This document shows, in pieces, positions 54,871-63,147 of a stretch of 64,000 nucleotides of DNA (positions are counted from its first letter, which is position 1; every line of letters begins with the position of its first letter). Source of the DNA: Candidatus Fermentibacteraceae bacterium (GTDB lineage: Bacteria; Fermentibacterota; Fermentibacteria; Fermentibacterales; JCC-6); NCBI GenBank assembly GCA_041686025.1, contig JAWLEP010000003.1:17744-81743 (forward strand), written 5' to 3'. The notes beneath the pieces were generated by a model, which did not search any database, had not been told where the DNA came from, and saw nothing but the letters and a program-made list of their open reading frames with translations. A program made the translations under genes and the position numbers.

Positions 54871-56340
54871 GTGATGCTCCTGCGCTCCCGGCCGGCGGCA
54901 GTGGCGGCACTCTGCCTGGCGTGGTTCCTCGCGGCCTGGCTGGGAACCGGCTACGCCATCGACGACACCTACATACACCTGACCTACGCCCGCAGCCTGG
55001 CCGGGGGGCACGGGCTGAGCTTCCACCCCGCCGGGGGCCCGCTCTACTCCTGCACCAGCCCCGTCTGGGTGGTCCTGCTGGCCGCCGCAGAAGCCGCGGG
55101 AGCCGGGGGCCTCCCCGCGGCCAGGCTCCTCTCCTGCCTGGCCGGGGCCCTCACCCTTCTGCTGCTCTACCGGCTCTCCCGGCGGCTTCTGGGCCCGGGG
55201 GCCGCCCCCTACCCCGCGCTGCTGCTGGCCCTCAACCCCTGGTGGGTCCGCTGGAGCTGCTCGGGGATGGAGACCGCCGCCGCCGGCCTCCTGGTGACTG
55301 CCTGTCTGCTGCTGGCTGTGGAGCGAAGACCCGGATGGGCCCTTCTCCTATCCGGCCTGGGCATAGCGGTCCGGCCCGAGCTGGCCGTGCTGGGGCCGCT
55401 TCTCGCCGTGGGTTTCGTGGGCCGCAGCAGGCCCGGCCGCCCGGCGCATCTGCTGCTCTGGATGCTCCCCACCGCCGGCTGGGCCGCCTTTGCCTGGGCC
55501 TACTTCGGCTCCCCCCTCCCCCTGTCGGCCGCATCCAAGGTCTCCGCCGCCCCCCTGCCCGCCTACCTGTTCGCATCCCTGTCCAGGCTGGCCGGAATGC
55601 TCCTGGCCGGCGACGCGCTGGCCTCGGCGGCTCTGGCCCTGCTGGCGGCGGGGTGGCTTCTGGGCCGGTGGCGAATTCCGCGGCCCCCAAGGCGGTGGAT
55701 GCCGCTTCTGCTGCTGCCGCCGGCGGTCTTCGCCGTGGTGCTGGCGGGCCGGGGCCCCATGATCTCGCGGTACCTGCTGCCGGCCTGGCCCGCCCTGGCG
55801 GCGGTGGAGGTGGCCGGGATGCGGCTGCTGACCCGGAACGTCGGGGGGCGGCTTTGCCGCTCGTGGCAGGTGGTCCCGCTCCTGGCCGCCGGCCTGCAGC
55901 TGGTGGTGCTGGTGACGGTGTTCGTACCCCACATGCGGACCATGGAGAGGAACCTGGCCACCCACCGGGAGGCGGCGGCGTTCATGCGCGACAGCCTGCC
56001 GGAGGACGCGGTGGTGGCTGTCCGCGAGGTGGGGGTGTTCGGCTACATGGCCCACCGCAGGCTGGTGGACCTTGAGGGCCTGGTGACGCCGGCGGCAGCC
56101 GGCTATCCCGGGCTGCACCGGGACCTGGCGGCCTCGGTCCGCATACTGAGGGAGCTGGGAGCGACCCACATGATGGACCCCGTAGACCGGGCCCGCCTGC
56201 TGGACGGGCCGGCCTCCCGAAGGCTGGGGCTGAGACTGGTTCCCCTGCGCTCCTGGAGCTTCCCGGGAGGCACCTCCCTGAGGGGCAGGGACTACAGTCG
56301 GGTTCTGTACAGGATGCAGTGGGGGCGGCCGGAAAGGTAG
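54871..56340 (+). CDS. Polytopic membrane protein, possible GT-C-fold glycosyltransferase
   Basis: About 12 TM helices. DDTYIHLTYARSLAGGHGLSF in the first periplasmic loop resembles the ArnT/PMT DD/DE motif. Family call is weak. Confidence 0.45.
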   Translation: MMLLRSRPAAVAALCLAWFLAAWLGTGYAIDDTYIHLTYARSLAGGHGLSFHPAGGPLYSCTSPVWVVLLAAAEAAGAGGLPAARLLSCLAGALTLLLLYRLSRRLLGPGAAPYPALLLALNPWWVRWSCSGMETAAAGLLVTACLLLAVERRPGWALLLSGLGIAVRPELAVLGPLLAVGFVGRSRPGRPAHLLLWMLPTAGWAAFAWAYFGSPLPLSAASKVSAAPLPAYLFASLSRLAGMLLAGDALASAALALLAAGWLLGRWRIPRPPRRWMPLLLLPPAVFAVVLAGRGPMISRYLLPAWPALAAVEVAGMRLLTRNVGGRLCRSWQVVPLLAAGLQLVVLVTVFVPHMRTMERNLATHREAAAFMRDSLPEDAVVAVREVGVFGYMAHRRLVDLEGLVTPAAAGYPGLHRDLAASVRILRELGATHMMDPVDRARLLDGPASRRLGLRLVPLRSWSFPGGTSLRGRDYSRVLYRMQWGRPER

Positions 56341-56350
56341 CCCTCCCTGC

Positions 56351-57121
56351 TCAGGACCGGGCCGGCCTTCCCACGGGAGCCATGTAGACCACCATCTCCT
56401 CCCGGCCGTCAAGGCCCAGAAGCTGGTCGCAGGCGTCCTGGTTGTAGGCCCCCACGGCGCAGGTTCCGGCCTCTATCTCCTGGCAGGCCAGGTAGAGGTT
56501 CTGGCAGATGTGCCCGGCGTCGAGGGCGATGATCTTGGCGGAGACGGGACCGTACCGCCACTCCATCCGGTAGGGAATCGCCGCCCAGACGAAGGTTACG
56601 GCGGCCTCCTCCAGAAAGCCCTGCCCCACCGCCGCGTCGGCCAGCCTTCCGGGGGCGGGCAGCCGGCCGTGAAGGCATACGGCGTGATCCAGCGGCAGAT
56701 ACCTGTAAACCCCCGGGGAGAGGTCCGAGACCCTCCGGCAGAACAGGTAGGTCTCGAAGGGGTGCCGCGCCCCCCCTGAGGGAACGGTTCTCAGGCTGGC
56801 CCTTCCCTCGCCTATGACCCTCCGCACGCCCTGGGTGGCCCAGAGCAGGAAGGACAGCTCCCGCAGGGAGATGGGCTCATCGGTGAAGGACCTGACGCTG
56901 TGACGCTCGAACACCGCCTGGGCCACGGTGAGCCGGCTGTGCTGGTCGGGCTTCACCCCCGGCAGCCTCCTGACCGGCTTGTCTTCCGCCGGTTTCTGCA
57001 GCGCAGGCGGCGGCTTGCCGGTCCTCTCGTCGCTGGTGTAGTCCCTCAGCAGGTCCCAGTTGGAGCGGAGCAGGTGCCTTTCCCGCTCCCCGTACGACTC
57101 GTCGCCTTCGTCATTCGTCAT
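56351..57121 (-). CDS. SagB-type dehydrogenase (nitroreductase superfamily, SagB/ThcOx family)
   Basis: RTVPSGGARHPFETYL and the overall SagB-type dehydrogenase pattern. Overlaps the upstream SBBP gene by 11 nt. Confidence 0.8.
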   Translation of the reverse strand: MTNDEGDESYGERERHLLRSNWDLLRDYTSDERTGKPPPALQKPAEDKPVRRLPGVKPDQHSRLTVAQAVFERHSVRSFTDEPISLRELSFLLWATQGVRRVIGEGRASLRTVPSGGARHPFETYLFCRRVSDLSPGVYRYLPLDHAVCLHGRLPAPGRLADAAVGQGFLEEAAVTFVWAAIPYRMEWRYGPVSAKIIALDAGHICQNLYLACQEIEAGTCAVGAYNQDACDQLLGLDGREEMVVYMAPVGRPARS

Positions 57122-58301
57122 GGCCCGACCCCCTCCAGGACATTATCTCCATCCCCACCAGCCAGATGTCGCTGTCACCCCTTCCGGTGGAGGTGGTGGT
57201 AGCCGCCAGAACCGGTCTTCCTTCGGAGGTGACGGCAATACCGGTGAGCTCCTCGTCGCCGGTACCTCCCACCCCGGCCTCCCACATCCGCTCGCCGCTG
57301 GAGTCCAGCTTCCAGAGGAACAGGTCCATGCCGCCGGACCCGGGAGTCTCCCGGGTGCCCGCCACCAGCATGCACCCGTCGGGCGCATACAGAACGGCCT
57401 CACCCCGCACGCTGTAGCCGGTGGGAATCACCACCTCCCTCTCCAGCGAACCATCGGCATCCGCGAAGAGAAGGGCCAGGTTGCAGACCGACCGCTTGGA
57501 CCAGCAGCACACCACCGCCCCTCCGTCCTCCCGGGGCATGACGGCCCTTCCGAAGTCGTAGCCGGGGCCGCCCCAGACCATCCTGGACTCCTCCATCCCA
57601 GCGGGGCCGGTCCAGACGGTGAGAGCCTCCCCGTTCTCGCCCTGGGAATAGGTGGTGCCGGTGGCGAGGTATCCGCCTTCGGTGCCGGCCACGTCGAAGA
57701 ACCTGTCCATGCCCGCCCCGCCGAAGGTGCGGAACCATTCGACTTCCCCTTCTTCGTCGAGGCGCAGCAGGCAGCCGTCACAGCCTCCCGAGCCCTGCGA
57801 CCAGGTCATTCCCGCCACCACTACGCCGCTGTCGGATACGGCGGCCTCGGCCCTCTCATCCATCTCCCCTCCGTAGCGGCGCTGCCATATCGGGTTACCA
57901 TCGGCATCGCATCTGATCACCCAGATGTCCTCTCCGCCGTGGGAGTCCGAGCCCGAGCTTCCCACCGCGTAGAAGCCCCCGTCGGGAGCCGGCGCCAGAT
58001 CTGTGAGGAAGTCGTCACCGATGCCGCCGTAGGGCCTCTCCCAGGATATGTCGCCGTCTTCGGGGTCCAGAAGGACCACCAGTCCGTCGGAGTCTCCGGT
58101 GCTGTAGGAGCGGGTGCTGCCGCAGACCAGAAGCATGCCGTCATCGCGCAGCAGGCATCGGCCTGCATCCTCTTCCTTTATGCCTCCCACCGATATGCTC
58201 CAGGCGGTACCCGGCGCCCTCTCACCGGAGGATGCAGGACAGGGCCCGGCCAGCAGCAGCCAGCAGGCCAGGACAACGGCATTTCGCAGCACTCCGTTCA
58301 T
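57111..58301 (-). CDS. Secreted SBBP-repeat beta-propeller protein
   Basis: Start moved to the internal MNGVLRNAVVLACWLLLAGPCPASS (signal peptide); the ATG overlaps the upstream stop (ATGA). Repeated xGxxxWxxxxGGxxxDxxxxV…DGGxxxxGxTxS blades (DGNPIWQRRYGG…, EGEVEWFRTFGG…, GERMWEAGVGG…). Confidence 0.65.
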   Translation of the reverse strand: MNGVLRNAVVLACWLLLAGPCPASSGERAPGTAWSISVGGIKEEDAGRCLLRDDGMLLVCGSTRSYSTGDSDGLVVLLDPEDGDISWERPYGGIGDDFLTDLAPAPDGGFYAVGSSGSDSHGGEDIWVIRCDADGNPIWQRRYGGEMDERAEAAVSDSGVVVAGMTWSQGSGGCDGCLLRLDEEGEVEWFRTFGGAGMDRFFDVAGTEGGYLATGTTYSQGENGEALTVWTGPAGMEESRMVWGGPGYDFGRAVMPREDGGAVVCCWSKRSVCNLALLFADADGSLEREVVIPTGYSVRGEAVLYAPDGCMLVAGTRETPGSGGMDLFLWKLDSSGERMWEAGVGGTGDEELTGIAVTSEGRPVLAATTTSTGRGDSDIWLVGMEIMSWRGSGHDE

Positions 58302-59485
58302 CTGGCGATACCACCCTTCGGATATTCGGCCTCGGGAACCTCCGCCGAGTCGGCCCCCACCCACATCATGACGGCCCAACCGTACCGCATCTCGGAGTCC
58401 CGTCCTCCCGTGCACCCCACCATGAATGCCCTTCCGTCCGTTCCCACCTCCAGGTCGTTGACGCGGTCCCATCCTTTGCCACCCATGATAACCTTCTCCA
58501 TTCGCTCTCCGGAGGAGGAGTGGATCTCCAGAACCGCGTCGTAGCTTCCTGCGCCCTCGGACATGGTGTTGTAAACCAGCAGCAGGCTGTCCCCGAGGTA
58601 GGCGAGGCTTCCGGCGCAGTCGTTCCCCTCGCCTCCGAGAAGCTGGCGCCAGAGCTCGTCGCCTCCATCATCGACGGCCAGCAAGAAGACGTCCAGCAGG
58701 TACCTGTCCGGACTGCGGGAAGACCCCATCATGCAGAGATCCCCCGATGCCGATGCCGCTATGGCCCTCCCGTACTCCCTGCCGCCAGCGTTGTCGAAGA
58801 CACGATGCAGACGTCTGTTTCCGTCGAGATCCACCAAGGTCAGCGTCATGTCGTCGAGGCTGCCCCCGCAGACGGCGATCAGGCTGTCGGGCGTCATGCA
58901 GCCCCCCCATCCGGTCACCGACCGGCCGCCGCCCATCTCCCTGGACCACACTGTCTCCCCCTCGGCATCCAGCCTCAGGAGCCACAGCCGGCTGCCATCC
59001 TCTCCGGCGGCGTTGTCGCCGATCAGGTAGCAGCCCCCGCCGGCCGCCGGGATAATGTCCCTCAGCCGCTGCCGCCCCGGCCCGCCCAGCTGCCTCCTCC
59101 ACAGCTCCCGGCCGAAGGCGTCGAAGCGCATCACGAACCCGTCTACGTCACCCTCCCTGGTGGCAAGCTCCCCGCAGACGGTGAAGCCCGCCCCGGTCTG
59201 TATGACATCCCATGCGAAACAGGAGGCCTCCCAACCCACTCTCCTCTCCCATCGAACCTCTCCCTGGGGGCCGATCCTCACCAGGTAGAGCATGGACAGG
59301 TCCGGCTCCAGGTCTGCGATGCGGCCTGCAGCCGCCATACCGCCGTCGTCGGTTGCGCAGCAGCCGTAAAGGCTGCAGCCGTTACGCCCCAACAGGAAGG
59401 TCTCCCAGCCTGTCCGGGGAGAAGCCGAGGCTGGCAGGACCATGGCCGCTGCGAGAAGCAGAGCGGGCTTGATATCGGGGATCAT
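58298..59485 (-). CDS. Secreted SBBP-repeat beta-propeller protein (paralogue)
   Basis: Signal peptide MIPDIKPALLLAAAMVLPASA. Repeated GEVRWERRVGW…, GRELWRRQLGG…, GETVWSREMGG… blades. Confidence 0.65.
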   Translation of the reverse strand: MIPDIKPALLLAAAMVLPASASPRTGWETFLLGRNGCSLYGCCATDDGGMAAAGRIADLEPDLSMLYLVRIGPQGEVRWERRVGWEASCFAWDVIQTGAGFTVCGELATREGDVDGFVMRFDAFGRELWRRQLGGPGRQRLRDIIPAAGGGCYLIGDNAAGEDGSRLWLLRLDAEGETVWSREMGGGRSVTGWGGCMTPDSLIAVCGGSLDDMTLTLVDLDGNRRLHRVFDNAGGREYGRAIAASASGDLCMMGSSRSPDRYLLDVFLLAVDDGGDELWRQLLGGEGNDCAGSLAYLGDSLLLVYNTMSEGAGSYDAVLEIHSSSGERMEKVIMGGKGWDRVNDLEVGTDGRAFMVGCTGGRDSEMRYGWAVMMWVGADSAEVPEAEYPKGGIAR

Positions 59486-59594
59486 AGAACGTATACCCCT
59501 TTCGTGTTCGGTGTGCTCATTCTCGGGCCATAAAGGCCTTTCGTCAAGTCATGTGCTTCTCAGACGGTTAAAAAAGCGACGGAGAGGCGGCCGT

Positions 59595-60794
59595 ATGGAC
59601 TGCTGTAGCGGTGGACGCGGCGGAGAGCCGGACTTCGACCTCCCTGTGGACCGGAGGGGTACCTCCAGCTACAAATGGGACTTCAGAGACCGGGTCTTCG
59701 GCCGGGAGGACGTGATTCCCCTTTGGGTGGCCGACATGGATTTCCGGGCCCCTCCCCCTGTCCTCGACAGCATTATGGAGAGGGCTCGTCATGGGGTCTT
59801 TGGCTACACGGCAAAGCCGGAGAGCCTGTACTCCGCCGTCATCGAGTGGTTCTCGCGGAGGTACGGCTGGCCCGTGGAGAGGGAGTGGATACTGTCCACC
59901 CCCGGGGTGGTGCCGGCGCTGGACCTGGCCATCGAGGCCTTCACGGAGCCCGGCGACGGCGTGATAATCCAGCCGCCCGTCTACTACCCCTTCCGCGACT
60001 CCGTCCACCGCAGCGGCCGGAGGCTGGTCAACAACAGGCTGCTGGAGAGCTCCGGCCGGTGGCGGCCGGACCTGGAGGGCCTGCAGAGGGACTGCCGGGA
60101 CTCCTCGCTCCTGGTGCTCTGCTCCCCGCACAACCCCGTGGGGCGTGTCTGGAGCCGGGAGGAGCTGGAGGCCATGGTGGATATATGCGCCGAAAGCGGG
60201 GTCACCGTGTTCTCCGACGAGATCCACGCCGACATCGTCTTCCCCGGAGCCGCGCACGTTCCCACGGCATCCCTGGGGCCCCGGGCGGAGGCTCTTGCCG
60301 TTGCCGCCTACGCTCCCAGCAAGACCTTCAACCTGGCCGGCCTGCAGATGTCGCTGAACGTGATACCGGACCCGGAGCTGAGGGAGGCCTTCTCCCGGGT
60401 GGTGGACCGCTTCCACATGGGCATGTCCAACGTCTTCGCAGTAGTGGCCACCGAGGCCGCCTACGCGCGGGGAGGGGAGTGGCTGGATGCCCTTCTGTCC
60501 TACCTGGAGGGGAGCTTCCGCCTGCTGTCGCAGCGGCTGGAGTCGGTGCCGGGCGTCACCATGACCCGCCCCGAGGGCACCTTCCTGGCCTGGCTGGACT
60601 GCCGGGGCCTGGGGATGGACGACGACGCCCTGGAGCGGTTCTTCATCGAAGAGGCCCGCCTGGGCCTGAACAGGGGAAGCACCTTCGGCCCCGGCGGAGA
60701 GGGCCACATGAGGATGAACCTGGCCTGTCCGCGGGACACGCTGAGCGAGGCTCTGGACAGGCTGGAGGAAGCTGTGAGGGGGCGGCGAGTGTAA
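59595..60794 (+). CDS. MalY/PatB-family PLP-dependent C-S lyase (cystathionine beta-lyase-like aminotransferase)
   Basis: Start at the internal MDCCSGG. N-terminal SSYKWDF…IPLWVADMDF motif typical of the MalY/PatB family. Class I aminotransferase fold with a predicted PLP-lysine in the conserved segment AYAPSKTFNLAG. Confidence 0.8.
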   Translation: MDCCSGGRGGEPDFDLPVDRRGTSSYKWDFRDRVFGREDVIPLWVADMDFRAPPPVLDSIMERARHGVFGYTAKPESLYSAVIEWFSRRYGWPVEREWILSTPGVVPALDLAIEAFTEPGDGVIIQPPVYYPFRDSVHRSGRRLVNNRLLESSGRWRPDLEGLQRDCRDSSLLVLCSPHNPVGRVWSREELEAMVDICAESGVTVFSDEIHADIVFPGAAHVPTASLGPRAEALAVAAYAPSKTFNLAGLQMSLNVIPDPELREAFSRVVDRFHMGMSNVFAVVATEAAYARGGEWLDALLSYLEGSFRLLSQRLESVPGVTMTRPEGTFLAWLDCRGLGMDDDALERFFIEEARLGLNRGSTFGPGGEGHMRMNLACPRDTLSEALDRLEEAVRGRRV

Positions 60795-60799
60795 AGAGA

Positions 60800-60875
60800 T
60801 GGCGCTCCCACGGGGACTCGAACCCCGGTTTCCGGCGTGAGAGGCCAGCGTCCTAGACCACTAGACGATGGGAGC
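60800..60875 (-). tRNA. tRNA-Glu (anticodon CUC)
   Basis: Reverse complement GCTCCCATCGTCTAGTGGTCTAGGACGCTGGCCTCTCACGCCGGAAACCGGGGTTCGAGTCCCCGTGGGAGCGCCA folds as a cloverleaf: acceptor GCTCCCA/TGGGAGC, anticodon loop CTCTCAC, T-arm CGGGG-TTCGAGT-CCCCG, encoded CCA. Close in sequence to E. coli tRNA-Glu. Confidence 0.85.
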
Positions 60876-60948
60876 GCTTCTCTTTTGCAGGCCGGGAATA
60901 TTCGCCGCCGCTTCCCGCCTTGTCAACCCCCGCGGGCGGCGGAGACGC

Positions 60949-62442
60949 CTACCGGCGGCCGAAGAGCTTCCTGTACCTCTTGTCCAGCTTCTTTGCCTTC
61001 TTGTTGGACATGCCGCCCAGGGCCATTATGGCCCTCCGTATCCGCATCCTGGACACGTCCGGGCCCAGCACCTCCATGGAGCCGAACAACGGCGTGGAGG
61101 AGGTGGAGCCGCTGATGGCCACGTACAGCGGGGCGGTGAGGTCCCTCAGCTTCACGTCCAGGGTCTCCGCGGTGTCCCGCAGGCACCGACCAACGGATTC
61201 GGCGGTGAACTCCCGCAGCCGCTCCAGCTCCCACACCACCATCTGCAGCACCTCCCGGGAGTCGTCGCCGTCCATTCCCTTCAGCAGCAGCAGCTCCGGG
61301 TCGGGGTCCACCTCGTCGGCGAAGAAGAAGGAGGTCAGAGGCCCCCAGTCCCCCAGCGTCCGCAGCCGCCCCTGGGCCATGCCGGCTATGGCCTCCAGGG
61401 TGGGCCGGTTGATCCTCCAGTCCTGCAGGAGGTCCACCAGCTCCCCGGGGCCGTAGTCCTCGCGGATGTACTTGGCGTTCAGCCACCGCAGCTTGTCCAC
61501 GTCGAACACCGGCCCGCCCAGGTTGATGTCCTCCAGGCGGAAGCTGTCCACCATCTGCTGCGGGGTGAACTTCTCGCCGCCCCCGGCCATGCTCCAGCCC
61601 ATCATCCCCAGGTAGTTCAGAAGGGCCTCCGGCAGGAAGCCCGAGTCGCGGTAGAAGCCTATCGAGGTGGGGTTCTTGCGCTTGGAGAGCTTGCTCTTGT
61701 CCGGGTTGCGCAGCAGCGGCAGATGACAGAAGACGGGAGGCTCCCAGCCCAGGTAGTCATAGAGCAGCACGTGCTTGGGGACCGAGTTGATCCACTCCTC
61801 GCCGCGGATGATGTGGCTGATCCCCATCAGGTGGTCGTCCACCACAACCGCCAGGTGATAGGTGGGATATCCATCGGCCTTCTGTATAACCTGGTCGTCC
61901 ACGGTGGACCACTCCTTGCGGATCTCCCCCCGCAGCAGGTCGGTGAAGACGCACTCCCCCTCCGGGGGCACCTTCATCCTGACCACGTGCTCCTCGCCGG
62001 CCTCCACCCTTCGCCGGGCCTCCTCCGGCGGTATCCCCCGGCAGTGCCCGTCGTAGCCGGTGACGGCGCCCTTCCGGCCCCGGCGCAGCTCGGCCAGCCT
62101 CTCCCGGGAGCAGAAGCAGGGGTAGGCGTCGCCCTGGTCCACCAGCCTCTGAACGTGCTCGCGGTAGACCTCCAGCCTCTCGCTCTGCCTGTAGGGCCCA
62201 TACGGGCCGCCCACGTCCGGCCCCTCGTCCCAGGAAAGGCCCAGCCAGCGCAGCGAGTCGAGTATGGCCCTCTCGCTGGCCTGGCTGGAGCGCTCCCTGT
62301 CGGTGTCCTCTATCCGCAGCACGAAGCTGCCGCCGTTCTTTCTGGCCCACACCCATCCGAAGAGGGCCTGGTAGGCGGTTCCCACGTGCGGGTCCCCGGT
62401 GGGTGACGGGGCAAGTCTCGTCCTTATCTGTGACTGTGACAT
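60949..62442 (-). CDS. gltX: Glutamyl-tRNA synthetase
   Basis: Start at the internal MSQSQIRTRLAPSPTGDPHVGTAY (HIGH-class motif HVGT); the 61 upstream codons of the track ORF are rejected. KMSKS-like KLSKR present. Confidence 0.9.
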   Translation of the reverse strand: MSQSQIRTRLAPSPTGDPHVGTAYQALFGWVWARKNGGSFVLRIEDTDRERSSQASERAILDSLRWLGLSWDEGPDVGGPYGPYRQSERLEVYREHVQRLVDQGDAYPCFCSRERLAELRRGRKGAVTGYDGHCRGIPPEEARRRVEAGEEHVVRMKVPPEGECVFTDLLRGEIRKEWSTVDDQVIQKADGYPTYHLAVVVDDHLMGISHIIRGEEWINSVPKHVLLYDYLGWEPPVFCHLPLLRNPDKSKLSKRKNPTSIGFYRDSGFLPEALLNYLGMMGWSMAGGGEKFTPQQMVDSFRLEDINLGGPVFDVDKLRWLNAKYIREDYGPGELVDLLQDWRINRPTLEAIAGMAQGRLRTLGDWGPLTSFFFADEVDPDPELLLLKGMDGDDSREVLQMVVWELERLREFTAESVGRCLRDTAETLDVKLRDLTAPLYVAISGSTSSTPLFGSMEVLGPDVSRMRIRRAIMALGGMSNKKAKKLDKRYRKLFGRR

Positions 62443-62501
62443 CTCGCCTTCCGTGTGTGTCGGGTCAGTCAATCCGGTGGATCGGCGCGCCCCGGGCGGC
62501 G

Positions 62502-62885
62502 CTACCTGCTTACATGCACCGTGTACACCAGCACGGAGTCCTGGGTGGAGAATTCCACTCCGGGCGGCACCACGTAGCCCAGCCTGACGGTGGTCTCGCC
62601 GGGACCCGCCGCCCGGAACCTCCACACCTCGCAGCCGGTCTTTCCCGGCCCGGAGAGGGAGAGGCCCCCGTCCTCGTAGTGCCTCTCCACGAACCTGAGG
62701 ATGGTCTGTTCCAGTGACTCCAGCAGCTCCCAGCGGTATCCGGTGTCTCCGTCGGCGCTCACCACCAGCTCCATCTCCTCCCCCGGACCCAGCCGGAAGG
62801 GAACCCCGGGGTCGGTGACCTGGCGGCCGCAGCCGGCGGCAATGAACACCGCGGCCATGGCGGCGAATGCTGGCATTTGCCTCAT
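62502..62885 (-). CDS. Chagasin-family (I42) cysteine-protease inhibitor-like lipoprotein (tentative)
   Basis: Lipobox FIAAGC. About 110-aa mature beta-sandwich-sized protein carrying DTGYRW in the position of the chagasin NPTTGYxW motif. Confidence 0.45.
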   Translation of the reverse strand: MRQMPAFAAMAAVFIAAGCGRQVTDPGVPFRLGPGEEMELVVSADGDTGYRWELLESLEQTILRFVERHYEDGGLSLSGPGKTGCEVWRFRAAGPGETTVRLGYVVPPGVEFSTQDSVLVYTVHVSR

Positions 62886-62936
62886 GCAGGACCTCCTGGC
62901 AAGGGTCGCGGCTCGGGAGGTGACGGCGGGCCGACG

Positions 62937-63029
<93 letters not shown>

Positions 63030-63147
63030 GCGCCGGGCTTGGAGTATCTAAAACCGCCCTTCCCCGGTCAAGGTTCCGGCCGCTTCGCGGGTTGCGGCCT
63101 TCCGGGCCTTGGGGCATAGTCCCCGCTGGCGCCGGGAAGGGGGCCGC

